A DNA stretch of 41,808 nucleotides from Vairimorpha necatrix (Eukaryota). Position numbers and translations under genes: made by a program. The stretch is from positions 1,426,001 to 1,467,808 of the forward strand of contig CP142728.1 in assembly GCA_036630325.1 (NCBI GenBank), in the 5' to 3' direction. A model generated the notes under the pieces. That model saw only the letters and a list, made by a program, of their open reading frames with translations, searched no databases and was not told the origin of the DNA. Positions 9,933 to 21,292 of this stretch are shown here, one piece after another; position 1 is the stretch's first letter, and every line of letters begins with the position of its first letter.

Positions 9933-12900
9933 GAATTAAACATAAAAACAAGAAATAAATATATGACAAATTAATAATTTTTTTTTCTTTAGGGAGTATC
10001 TACACATCTTATATCCGGCATGAAGCCTGATCCGAAGTTGAAGTGATGAGTCTAAATTTACATATTGATTTATATTATTTGTTTGTTTTGCTGCTCATCG
10101 GAATTGTAGGTCAGGGGTAAATTCCGTTTAAATAGTCAATCAGATTAACTGTCAAACTCTTTGAGATGTAATCAAACAAACATGAAACCGAAGTTCTACT
10201 GAATTAGTAGTACTTCATGTGACATGCACTTGTCTTACTTTTAGTTTGTGAATGTCAAACATGTCTAATGTTTATTTACAATACTCTTAGACGTTTGACA
10301 GTACCAACAAAAATTGTTTAATTATAAGCAAGATTCGCCAGTGCAGGTCTGCAGCCTCACACATCTGAATAAATATTAATATTGTTATTTCGAAAATTAT
10401 TTCTTGCACAATTAAGTACATTTTTTTTAGAGGTTTCCAACGTATGTATCTGTATAATTAATATTTTAAGAAATTTTGATTTATTTGTCTTTTCGTATGA
10501 GTACGTAAGTAGATAATTTGCTGTTCAAAAAATAATTATGGAACGCATCATGTGCAGAATCGACATAAAAATAAAAAATTGAAGTAAAGTTAAACATATT
10601 AATTCGGCTTTGGACAAATACGTTAATTAAACGATATATTTATTTCTTTTTGCAAGATAAAAACATATTTTTCAAAACAAGTAAATTAGATTCTTTCAAA
10701 AAGAAATGAAAACACAATCATTGAGTGATTTAATTACAAGAAATGTCTGACACTATATATTAATCATTTAAGACATATAATTTAGTATAAAAATATATTT
10801 GTTGAATAAATTAGGATATATTATATACAAGAAATAAGATTCTAAATTTATCTAAAATAATTTAGGTATATGCATTAAAGTATTTTAATAAATGTTAAAA
10901 CCAAAACTTGATAAACTAAATAAAAAATTTCATGGAAGTGTGTATTAACGATTACATCATAAGAACAGTTGTCAAAGTTTACTCTGTTAAATATTCACCA
11001 ATAATACAACAAAAAAAAAATTTACAATATGTTTATCCATTCAAAATAATAAACCTTTTACTTACGTGGCTAAAAAAAAATTACAATAAAAATAAAATTT
11101 AAATTGGAATTTTGTATATGAAGGGCTGAATATCTATGAAGCAAGTACACAATCATAAAGTTATTAATAGCGAAATATTTTTAGCATTCTAACTTAGAAG
11201 TACCAAAGTTTTATTCATGAAGAACAGAGAAATAAAGAAAAAATAAGAACGAGCATATTGGTAGAAAAAAAAAATCTTTTAAAATTTAAAACGAATTCTA
11301 CACTCTATCTAAATTTACATCATAGGTAATAACAAGATAATTGAAATTTGATCTTTCCCTTTTTCTTTTGGTATAAGTACGAAAGCAAACAAATAAAATT
11401 ATTTTACGATCATTATAGCACTGTTTTAGAAGTGATACAAATAATATTCAATTATTACAACTAGAAAATAAAGAGATTATAAAGAAAAGATATTCATATG
11501 ATTTATACATATTGCTCAGCAACATAAATACATAAGAATTTAAAATAAAGATATACGATCAAGATATTAGATGAAATACAATTTTCTTTTATATTAAAGT
11601 TACGCTAAGATGAACAAAAATTAATCCCAATGTTGCATATAGTATATATAGATAAAATTAAAACAAGCAATAAAGTTTTTTAATTATCTAGAACATATCA
11701 GACGATTTTATAAATGAAAATTATACTAAAAATCAACTATATAATATTTATATATGACCAATATGTGCACGTTATTAAGTATAATAATTACTAATGGTAA
11801 AAAAACGAAAACAAATATTATATAAAAGTTTTAAACAAATTTCGATTAACCTCGTATATTACATTTTTTTGGTTTATAGAATTCTAAAGAAGTTTCAGTT
11901 ATAAAACATTGTAGACTTTTGAAATAGAAGTTGGTAAAAAACTAATGTCACAAATATTAATTTGTTGTTTACAATCATATTGACCACACAAAATTAGAAA
12001 TTATGACCAAAAAATTCTAAAAAGTAAAATCATCAATACTTTTTATATTTATAAAAATATATTATTTTATTATTAATTTCAAATAAATAAGAACAAATCA
12101 ATTCAAAAATCTATCGGTTAAATATTTGATAATCGCTCTTTTGTTATATATAATACTTTCTAAGTCCGTTAAGTATAATATTTTTATATAATAATTAGAT
12201 CAAAATTTAAGTATGAAGATCAAAATATTATAAAAAAAGTTTATATACGAAAGAAAAATTTAAAATATAATTAACAATTATCGTAAAATTATATATTCAT
12301 TGGAAAATCATTTATTTAATGTATAATTAGACGCCTTGAAGAAATTTATTTCAAATTAACAATATAAAAACAGACCTATTCATAGTAAAATCGTTTAGTA
12401 AAGGTAAAAGGAATTTTACTCAGAAACAAAATTTATGTTATTGATTTTAAGAAATCTTAGGGAAAACCCCTACTTGAATACATTTTCCATATTATAATAT
12501 AATAAGAAATAATAAGTAAATTTTTAATTATGAATAATTAAATAAAAACAATAGCACGTACAATTTAATACAAGGTTGTTGTAAATAAAACGTTTTCGAG
12601 ATTTTCAAAAAGGCATCGCATATTCAAAAAAATAAAACCAAAAATACGGGGGGAATAGAAATGCATATAAATCAAATACAGTTAATAACAATAATAGAAT
12701 TAATTATGAAATGCTATATTTATTGAAAAATCTTATATAGCATAGTTACACGCAAAAGGAATATATACTTCTAAATTTATATATTTAAGCAGAAAATAAT
12801 TTCAATTAATATAAAGAGTAATAACTTAAAATAAACATGATTAACACTAGCTTAATTTAAATTTAAAAACTTACAAAAAACATCATCATATATATAAAAG

Positions 12901-12945
12901 AATTTTATTTAATTTTTTACCCCTCTTTTTTGTGATTTTGTAAAA

Positions 12946-13404
12946 TCTAAACTTCTTATTATAGCTTTTTGTGTCATTGTAATATCAAATGTAAACTCAT
13001 TGAAGGATTTTGACTATCATATGTGTGTGTACTGTATGTTAATACGTTTCCATTTTAATTCTTTGTTTTGTAAAACTCAGTTCCAAAATATCGTCAGAAT
13101 CGTTTTTTAGAATTTATTTAACCCTTCCAGGAAAAATTGCAAAAATAATTAACAATAAAGATTTTAAATATAAGCGTCAAAATTTGAGCTTAGAAGTTCC
13201 CAAAACTATCTCATTATAATTATTAAATGTTTTAAACTCAACTTTATTCCTTATATGTTACTAAAAAGTATTTTTAAATATTATGCATTTTCCTTTTCAA
13301 ATTCATTCATCGCAAAATGGAAACTTAAAAAATTTACCGATCAGGGACATATTATAAAACTAAACATTCAAATCCCGTTTTCAAAACGGGAAAGCATACG
13401 CTAG
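12946..13404 (+). mobile_element. Putative non-autonomous Helitron
   Basis: 3' signature: palindrome TCCCGTTTTCAAAACGGGA (13373-13391), then 9 nt, then CTAG (13401-13404) followed by T. Candidate A|TC 5' end at 12945/12946 (TCTAAACTTCTTATTATAGC); the 5' end is less certain. Confidence 0.55.
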
Positions 13405-16400
13405 TGTTAATATAAGATAAATATTTTTCAATAATAATACTATATAATATTTCACCTGGACGTTTTCAAGATTATTTACAAAAAAATAAAAGAAAGTCTA
13501 AAAGTTAGAATTGGATATATTAAATATTAACAATATGGTAATACTTCGAAACAAATAAGAATTTTAGAAAAAACACCTAAATAATATTTATATATCGTTA
13601 GTCTCGAAAATTTAAAAGTATTCTTAAGAAATTAAATTTTTTGAATATATAAGAATTTATTTACACATATTTAGATAAAAAATAAAAATTTTATTTATTT
13701 AGCAAAAAAATGAAATATTATTAGTTAAAAGACTTAACTTAAAAATTTTTCGTATAAAGTAAAAAATTTCGTTCTTTGTCTTATAATTATCAGATATTTA
13801 AATTTTTTGAATCAAAAATTTTAATATAACCGTTATAGTCAATATTTTTATGAAGAAATTAAAATTTAATTTTGATATTATATATTGTCTATAGTTCAAT
13901 AAAATGCGTTAGATTAAATCTAAGTATGAAAAGGTAAAGAAAATTTTATACTTTAATATAAATTTTTAATACACAAAGATTTATCAACAAGTAAAATAAA
14001 CATAATGCCAATAAAAATCTTTAAAAAAAATTATATTTCAAAATGAAATTGTAATAAAGATAATTGAGGTTAATATTACAAAAATAATTTTTTAAAGAAA
14101 ATATATTTAAAGTAGTAGGATAACTTTTTTAAAAAAACATATTGGACTAAAACTCGTTTTGAAAATAAATATTTTCATCTAGAATAGTTAATAAAAACAT
14201 TCAAACTTAACGTTCAAATAATTTTAGATTAGTAAAAAGAAGGAAATTTTGATACAATTAAATTTTCACGACTAATTAAGCTAAAAGTTTCAAAACTAAA
14301 ACGAAAAAAATAAATTTTCTCCACATTAAATATAATTTTTTATTTTCAAATTTCGCTCTTAATAATGTACATACGACTGATTAAAATAAGTAATAGTTTT
14401 AGAACATACAACGACTTTTTTTTATAAAAAATAATATATCAATCGAAAATTTAAAATGCAATATATTACACCTACATATTAAACATGATTATATATACAA
14501 CCTACATGAGAAACATATGATTCAATAACGAAAAATTTATAAAAATAAAAAATAATCTATTGTAATTTTTCTATATTTGTATTTCAAAAGAAATAATATC
14601 ACGGGGGGTTTTAAAATTGTAAATTAAAGTTATTAAATTACAATCAATATTTCATAAAGTATATAAATAATTTAAATCATTCTAAAAGTAAAACATTCGA
14701 TACTATTTATCGCAAGGAATCATTAGAAAGTTCTTCATCTCTAAAAACTCATTTTTTTATGCTTAACTTAAGTTTTTAAAATTATTATAAAAATGCAGCA
14801 TATATAAACCAAATAATATCAAGAAAATTCATAAATAAAAATTTAAGTCTCAAAGAAACAAAAAGACATACAACGAGAATAAAATATAAACATATATAGA
14901 GGAATACAACGAACGGCATTTTATTCTGTTAGTATTTATTACAACAGTATTTTGAAATTTTTGGGTTATAATCTGTAAAAATATTATAAAATACAAAAAA
15001 TTATTTCAATGGAAATATTGATGAATATCTAAGAAATAAAACTAATAATGGTCAGAAAACATGTTAAAAAAAAATAAAAAGATAAGATATATAATATTCA
15101 TACAAATTGTAAATTTATACACAGAACTGAACTGACATGAATTTCGTATTTCTTCATGTGGATTTTTATAGTAAATATCATATATTCCACGTATTTTACA
15201 TAAATACTGTAATTATAGTTAAAAAAAAATTAAAATAAATACAGAAGTAGTTAATTTATATAAAAATATCTTGCACTAACCGAAGAATTAAAACATATAA
15301 ATCAATAAGAGCTAAGAAGAGTTAATAAAAAGTATATACAAACCCCAATGCAACTAATTAATAGATATTTATATAAATTTAAGAAAAATTTAATGTAAGA
15401 ACATATAAATTAAAAAACAAATCTTATCTTTAATAATGACAGAAAATATTTTAATGCATTACCCCGATTACATTATAAATATAGATGCAGTAGACGATTT
15501 CTAATAATTATAAAATTTAATTTAATTTAAATATTAATTGATTAAAAAAATATAATAATATATTGATAAATTAAATTCTAAATATGAAAACAAAAAAATC
15601 TTTATGAATTTTTTTGAATAAACATTTTGATTTTTAAAGAATGAAATCAATCTAATGATTTAATAAAAAAATTAAAATTTTTTAATAATACATGAATACT
15701 TTTATTCATAAAAAATAACATTTTAACATAACACATTATGTAAAACATTTTTATAGATAATGATAGGTTACTTTTAAACTATTCGCAATTTTTTACGCAA
15801 AAATTTAACAATTTTAACTGGTTATAAAATATATCAAACTAGTTCTCTTCATAATTGAAATTATATGAAGATCAAGCATGAAGTAAATCTTACGGTTATA
15901 AAAGAAAATTTATAAGTACAAACAAAACATATCTAGGGAATATGATAACATATCAAATATAATTTTTATAGGATTTATTTTTCAATTATCCAATATTTTC
16001 ACTCCCCCTTACTTTTAAAATATAATATTTTCTACCATAGAAAATTTGAATCCCAAAGAGAACATAAAAAATAGACACAATAACATTTGTAATTATAAAA
16101 GACTTCCTGGACAGTTAGGCAAATACATAGATAAATAGAATTGTACATTAGAAGAAGCCTCATCCCTATGCAGCAGCCAAGTAGATATAAATATTCATAA
16201 AAAATTCAAAAAAACAAATTTTTGCGAAAATATTTTATTTTATAAAAATTAATTAAATCATATTAATCTGATAAATCTTAAGTACTTTCATTGATCTATT
16301 TTAATATCACATAATTTTATACTGAAATATTCAAATGTAATTAGTTATTTCTATTGAATTTTCAAACAAACACTGGAATCAAGTCCTTAATGTTTCCAAG

Positions 16401-16733
16401 TTATAAAGTCCTTTTACTTTCTTGGAATAATGATCCAATTTTTTTTCAAAGTCATTATCATAAGTTTTCCTAAAGAGTATAAGTTTCTGTTTCTGTATAT
16501 ATGCGTTAGTACAGCTTTCGAGATTTAAGTTATTTGTAAAATATCCCCAAAATATTATTTTTTAGAGTATAATACGATTTTTTTAAGTAAAAAATATGTT
16601 AAAACACAAAAATGACCTTTTTTACAATAATATATATTACAAATTAAAGAAGTAATTTCATTTTTTTACAATATATTATTACATAAATTTATTCGCAGAA
16701 AAACATTAAAAATACTTTAAGTATTAATTATAA

Positions 16734-16771
16734 TATTAAAGTCGAACCTATTATTAAATAAATGTATAACA
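16734..16771 (+). repeat. 5' LTR (38 bp)
   Basis: tattaaagtcgaacctattattaaataaatgtataaca. The last 20 nt are identical to the 3' LTR, and it is directly followed by TGGCG. Confidence 0.85.
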
Positions 16772-16899
16772 TGGCGAACACAAAATACGAAAGTTTAACA
16801 CAAGTGTGACCTGTATTTAAGAGAAGAAAAAAATACTAAAAGAAGCTCGGAGAGTGAGACAATCATCATAATGCAGAAAGATGTACAAGATGTGACAAC

Positions 16900-17485
16900 A
16901 TAAAAAGGAAACAAGTAAGTACTGAACTTCAAAATTTTAATATTGATAAAAAACTACTTAGTATGATAAATTGGAATGATATTATTGATGAAATTGATAA
17001 ATTAGTTGTGAAGAGAAAGAGAATAAGAACAAGAAAAAAATAAGGTGTAGAGAACTTGAAGATATGGTAGAGGGTATGAAAGAAAAATTAAAAAGAGAGA
17101 AAAAAAAGATCTCACTAGAACTGTAGCAGTGCCAGGAAGTTACTTATAATATCAAAGACGAAAAAAAAAAAATTGTTTTATATGTGTAAGAATTATACAT
17201 ATAGCTGTAGGTTGTATGGAACGTAAAGGAAGACATGAAGAGAATAATGAAAATAAAAGTGTTAAATATTTATGCATTCGTGGTAATAGTAAAATGAAAA
17301 TATTAAAAGGAATTGATTTCAAATTGAGACTACCAGTGGAGGTAGAAAGAGAGAACTCAAGAAACAGTTTTTATGTAAAAAATTCAAACCAAGATAAAAG
17401 AAGAAAAAATATTAATAAATATGAAGAATTAGAAGGAAAATTTTCGAAGTATTGTGAAAAGACGAAGGGAAAAGAAAATACTTAA
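16900..17485 (+). pseudogene. gag: gag remnant with CCHC zinc knuckle; protease active site apparently missing
   Basis: 17174-17215 encodes CFICVRIIHIAVGC (CX2CX4HX4C), in frame with ORF 17216..17485. No D(S/T)G motif is seen before RT. The start is approximate. Confidence 0.7.
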
Positions 17486-17589
17486 CAGGGGGAAAATGTT
17501 CTATCAAAACAAAACAAGGAGTGAAAGTAGTTATAAAAAGACAAAATATTTCTTTTAATTCGAGAAAATTTTGAAAAGAATATTAATTT

Positions 17590-19800
17590 AGGAGAAAGTA
17601 GAGGTATTATCAGAAGGACAAAGAGCAAATGGAAAAGCCTAATAAAGCCCATAGAAAAACCAAATGGTAAAGTACAATTGAGAAGCAATTTGATGGCTTA
17701 TAATGAACTGGAATAAAAAGATCCGTATGAATTGCCATTGATTAGAGACATATTAAAGCAACGCAAGGTTCTAAAGTATTTATGGTTATAGACCTAAAGG
17801 AAAGATTCTATCATATAGAAATTGAGAGAGCTTACAAACATAAGACAGCTTTTAAGATAAATGGTAGAGTTTACGAATGGAATGGCATGGTAAAGGGATT
17901 AAAAAATGCTCCCCATATTATGCAAAGAGTGATGAACGGAGTTTTAGATAAGTTTAGAGGCAAGAGTGTTGAGGTGTACATGGATGATATTATTATTTAT
18001 GCATGAGATAGTAATATACAAGAAAATTTTTTAAAACAAGTAATTCGAAAATTTAACGAATGTGGATTTAAAGAAACTTAAAAAAGATACAATATAAAGG
18101 AGAAGTAAAACTACTGGAGTAACAATTAACTGAGAAGACATTAAACCGAAAAAATATATAGGAGTAGACATTAGAATACAGAAAGCCTAACAACATAAAA
18201 GATCTTAGAAGAGTTGAGGAGCGGGCAGGCTGGTTAAGAGATTTTATTCATCATTATGCTTATCGGTCTGCGCTTCTTACAGAACCACTAAAAAAAGATG
18301 TTAAATGGGAATGGTCCGAAGATATAGAAAGAGCTTTTATGGATATCAAAGAGGGTTTAAAGAAGTGAAAAAGTTAAAAATAGTTAGTAGTGAAAAAATC
18401 TATAGAGTAAGAACGGATGCATGCGATACGACAATTGGAGCCATACTTCTGCAAGAAGACAAGGAAGATAGGTGGATTTGAAACAATGGGCATCAAAAAT
18501 GATAACATTAACAGATAAAAAGTATAAGATTAGTGAAAAAGAGATGTTGGCAGTGTTATTCGGAATAAAGAAATTTGAGTCAGATTTGTGAGGAAGAAAA
18601 ATTCATTTAATAACAGATCATTAATCACTGGCCGAGATTAGAAACAAACCGTTTTTCAATAATTACATAATTAAGAGATGGATAGAATATATACAAGAGT
18701 TCGATTTTATTTTTGAATATGTAAAAGGAGAATTGATCACGTATTTATATGCATATAGTAGACAATTTAAAAAAACGAAGTGAAAGTAAAAAAGCGAAAG
18801 TAGAAACGGCCCCAAAACAGATGAAAGAAAAAGAAATAAAGCGCATGGTTAATAGAAAAGGTAAAAAATATTGGAAGTTTTCAACAGGAGAAATTAATAA
18901 ATACAACACAAAGAAATAAGTGAGAACAGAAATTCGTAGAGTTCATGAGGAATTAAATCATCGAAAAGTTAAGGGAACACATTATAAGATTATACAAAGA
19001 TGGTACTGGCCAGGTATGAAGGACCAGATAACCACATCGCTAAAAAATTGTTAAGTATGTAGCATTAATAACAGAAAAACGATCGGAGGTGGCAATTTTT
19101 TTTGGCATTTAAGAAATTAGAAAAGTAGCTTATGACGTAATGGATATTGGGGAAATAGAAAGATACGTGCTATTAGGGATGGACTACTTAGAACAAGAGT
19201 ATGTCACGCAAAGATGGAATTTAAGGGATGTGATTTTATTACTAAAATTTTAGAAAAATAGATGCCCAGATGAATATATTACGGATAACGGCAAAGAATT
19301 TTCAGTGAGAAGTTTGTAACTTGGTGTAAAGAAAACGAAATTATGCAATGGAGAGTATGTTTGGAAGCTCATAGGAGTAATGGAAGAATAGAACAATGTA
19401 TTTGAACAATAAGGGAATCGATGATCCATGAAAAAGAAGGAAACCCAGAGGAAAAACTAGAACAAGCTGTAAGAACTAATAATTCTTACACACAGCGATT
19501 AATTCAACACAATTGAAGCATGGAAAGAACAAGGAAAATAAGTCTTTATTGAAAACAATAAAAAGGGTGTGTATTAAAGTAGTTTTAAATTAAGGCATAG
19601 AGAAAAATTTGAAGTAGATCAGGCTGTGAGAATTGCATTAAGAGAAAACAAGGGTAAATAGATGAAAAGTATGAAAGGAAGATTTACAAATGTTGATAAA
19701 AGGAGGGGAAAGTCTGAGAATAATTCTTATATTGTAAGGACTGATAGCTGAAGATACATTAAGAAACAACATTATGACCTAAAAGATTATAAAAATGGAA
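17590..19800 (+). pseudogene. pol: pol remnant: reverse transcriptase, RNase H, integrase (many stops and frameshifts)
   Basis: RT: RGIIRRTKSKW..PIEKPNG, KDPYELP, IDLKERFYHI..KTAF..GLKNAP..YMDD (ORF 17782..18006). RNase H: RVRTDACD..IGAILLQ, SEKEMLAV, ITDH, RWIEYIQEFDF. Integrase: HEELNHR..WYWPGM..C*VC, ITDNGKEF, SNGRIE. Confidence 0.95.
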
Positions 19801-19843
19801 AATTAGAAGCTTGTAACGTGCGACTACCCGTTTAGAGGGATGA

Positions 19844-19882
19844 TGTTATGGTTGAACTTTCCTATTAAATAAATGTATAACA
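19844..19882 (+). repeat. 3' LTR (39 bp)
   Basis: TGTTATggttgaactttcctattaaataaatgtATAACA, with TG..CA ends, 6-bp terminal inverted repeats and an internal AATAAA. Confidence 0.85.
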
Positions 19883-20979
19883 TATAATCATGAATTTGAA
19901 AAAAAATAATTGAATTATAAAGATAGTTAGATAAATTTTATCAACAAATTTTAAATTTTTATTTATTTTAGTTACATATTGATTTAACTAATAAATTTTT
20001 TAAACAAAGGATTCAGGAAGTTTTGAGGGTTAAAAGCTTACGTGTTAGTTAGGTAGGTTAGGTAGGAGTATCTGTTATATTAAAAAATGTAAAGTTTGAA
20101 ATAGAGAAAAACTAAATTCTAATTTATTTTTGAATTCTAGCCACAAAATTAGAATATGTTGTACCGAAAGCATTATATACCTTTTCTATATTCTTTAAAT
20201 AGACTATATATCGACTCTTTAACATAAATCAAAAATTTATCTAGAGAAGCCTAATAAAGAATAGAAAGAAACAAATAGTAAGTATAATCATACAGTAAAA
20301 TATACTATGACAATTTTTCGGCAAATCAATTTTTAATTTTATAATTACGCACTTTTATTCGAACATAAAATGTTATTTGAAAACATTTAAAAAAGAAAAA
20401 TAATCTAGTAATTTTTATCCAACACATGACAAGAACAATATTTGTTTTGTTCTTCGTTCCATAGAGTCATATACCAAGATCTAAAAGATCTATCAATTTT
20501 ATGAAAAATTTGTAATATATTAAAATAAATATTAAAAAATAAACTTATCGCAAATTGTTTATAAATTTAGCATTTAGAACTTCATACTATAGGCATAATT
20601 TCTCAAAGTCAAAAAATGATGTTTATACAAAAAGGTTTACAATTAATAATTATTAGAAAATTATTTAGAATTAAAAGCAATTTTTTTAGATTAAAGTTTT
20701 CTTCTTAGAAAATGAGTTTAGTTTTTTATGTAAAAGCTATTTAAATATAAAAATTAATATTTTTTTATTAAAAAATTTCAGTCATACGAAAATATTAAAA
20801 TATACAAATTTTAATAATTTAATAATAGTTATCAATAAAACTATTAAAGAATCAAATCATTTAGAAAAAAAGAACCTTCTAATATGTTTAATTTGATATC
20901 ATTAGTCAAAATTCAATATTTTATAAATGATCAAGCTTATTATCATAAATAAACTAAAATGAAAAATATAAAATAAGAT

Positions 20980-21292
20980 TTAATATATGGTTTTATAACT
21001 GAGAAATTTTCTACTTAATCACTTGGGACGGTATCGTGACTAAGTTCCATAAATCATATACCACAAGACTTGGAATCCTTAAGAAGGTAGAAGCGTACAT
21101 CCAGATGATAACGCCAAAAAAGACACTAGAAAGCATTCTCTGGACTACCAAATGAGAGGTGACGAAGCCGTTGTGGAAAAGACTTTGGAGCCACAAAGCT
21201 ATTTACAAACAGGAGACGCTAACGCGGAACCTACCCCTGTTAAACTATAAATATAAACTACAATAAGCATACCCTAATTATATTCATTTATT
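20980..21292 (+). mobile_element. 5'-truncated RLE non-LTR retrotransposon with 11-bp TSD
   Basis: Encodes LIYGFITE/(frameshift)YLITWDGIVTKFHKSYTTRLGILKKVEAYIQMITPKKTLESI. Flanked by TAAAATAAGAT at 20969-20979 and 21293-21303. Confidence 0.88.

Larger units (their letters stand above)
1..11296 (+). repeat. Large direct segmental duplication, copy 1 (runs off left edge)
   Basis: Position 1 (ttgattggcaataattaggtataaatgcg) matches 28799 onward. Collinear similarity continues to aaaatttaaaacgaa at ~11295, which matches the window end at ~41807. The offset changes in large steps only at three TE insertion sites. Confidence 0.97.
16734..19882 (+). mobile_element. Degenerate Ty3/gypsy LTR retrotransposon with ~39-bp LTRs
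   Basis: TSD TATAA at 16729-16733 and 19883-19887. LTRs at 16734-16771 and 19844-19882. PBS-like TGGCGAAC at 16772; PPT-like AGAGGGATGA just before 19844. Gag knuckle, RT, RNase H and integrase occur in gypsy order. Confidence 0.92.

Noticed and set aside
10010-10200. Hammerhead or HDV ribozyme, SRP RNA, or Merlin transposase fragment (LLIGIVGQG)
   Set aside because: Partial motifs only: no correctly placed CUGAUGA/GAAA core, no HDV P1 partner, SRP motifs in the wrong order, and no transposase catalytic motifs.
17482-17688. Minus ORFs here and at 21011..21196 and 38753..38950
   Set aside because: Antisense shadows of RT, RLE and gag remnants respectively.
17590-19800. Alternative genetic code explaining the in-frame stops
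   Set aside because: Different stop codons occur together with many frameshifts, consistent with ordinary decay.
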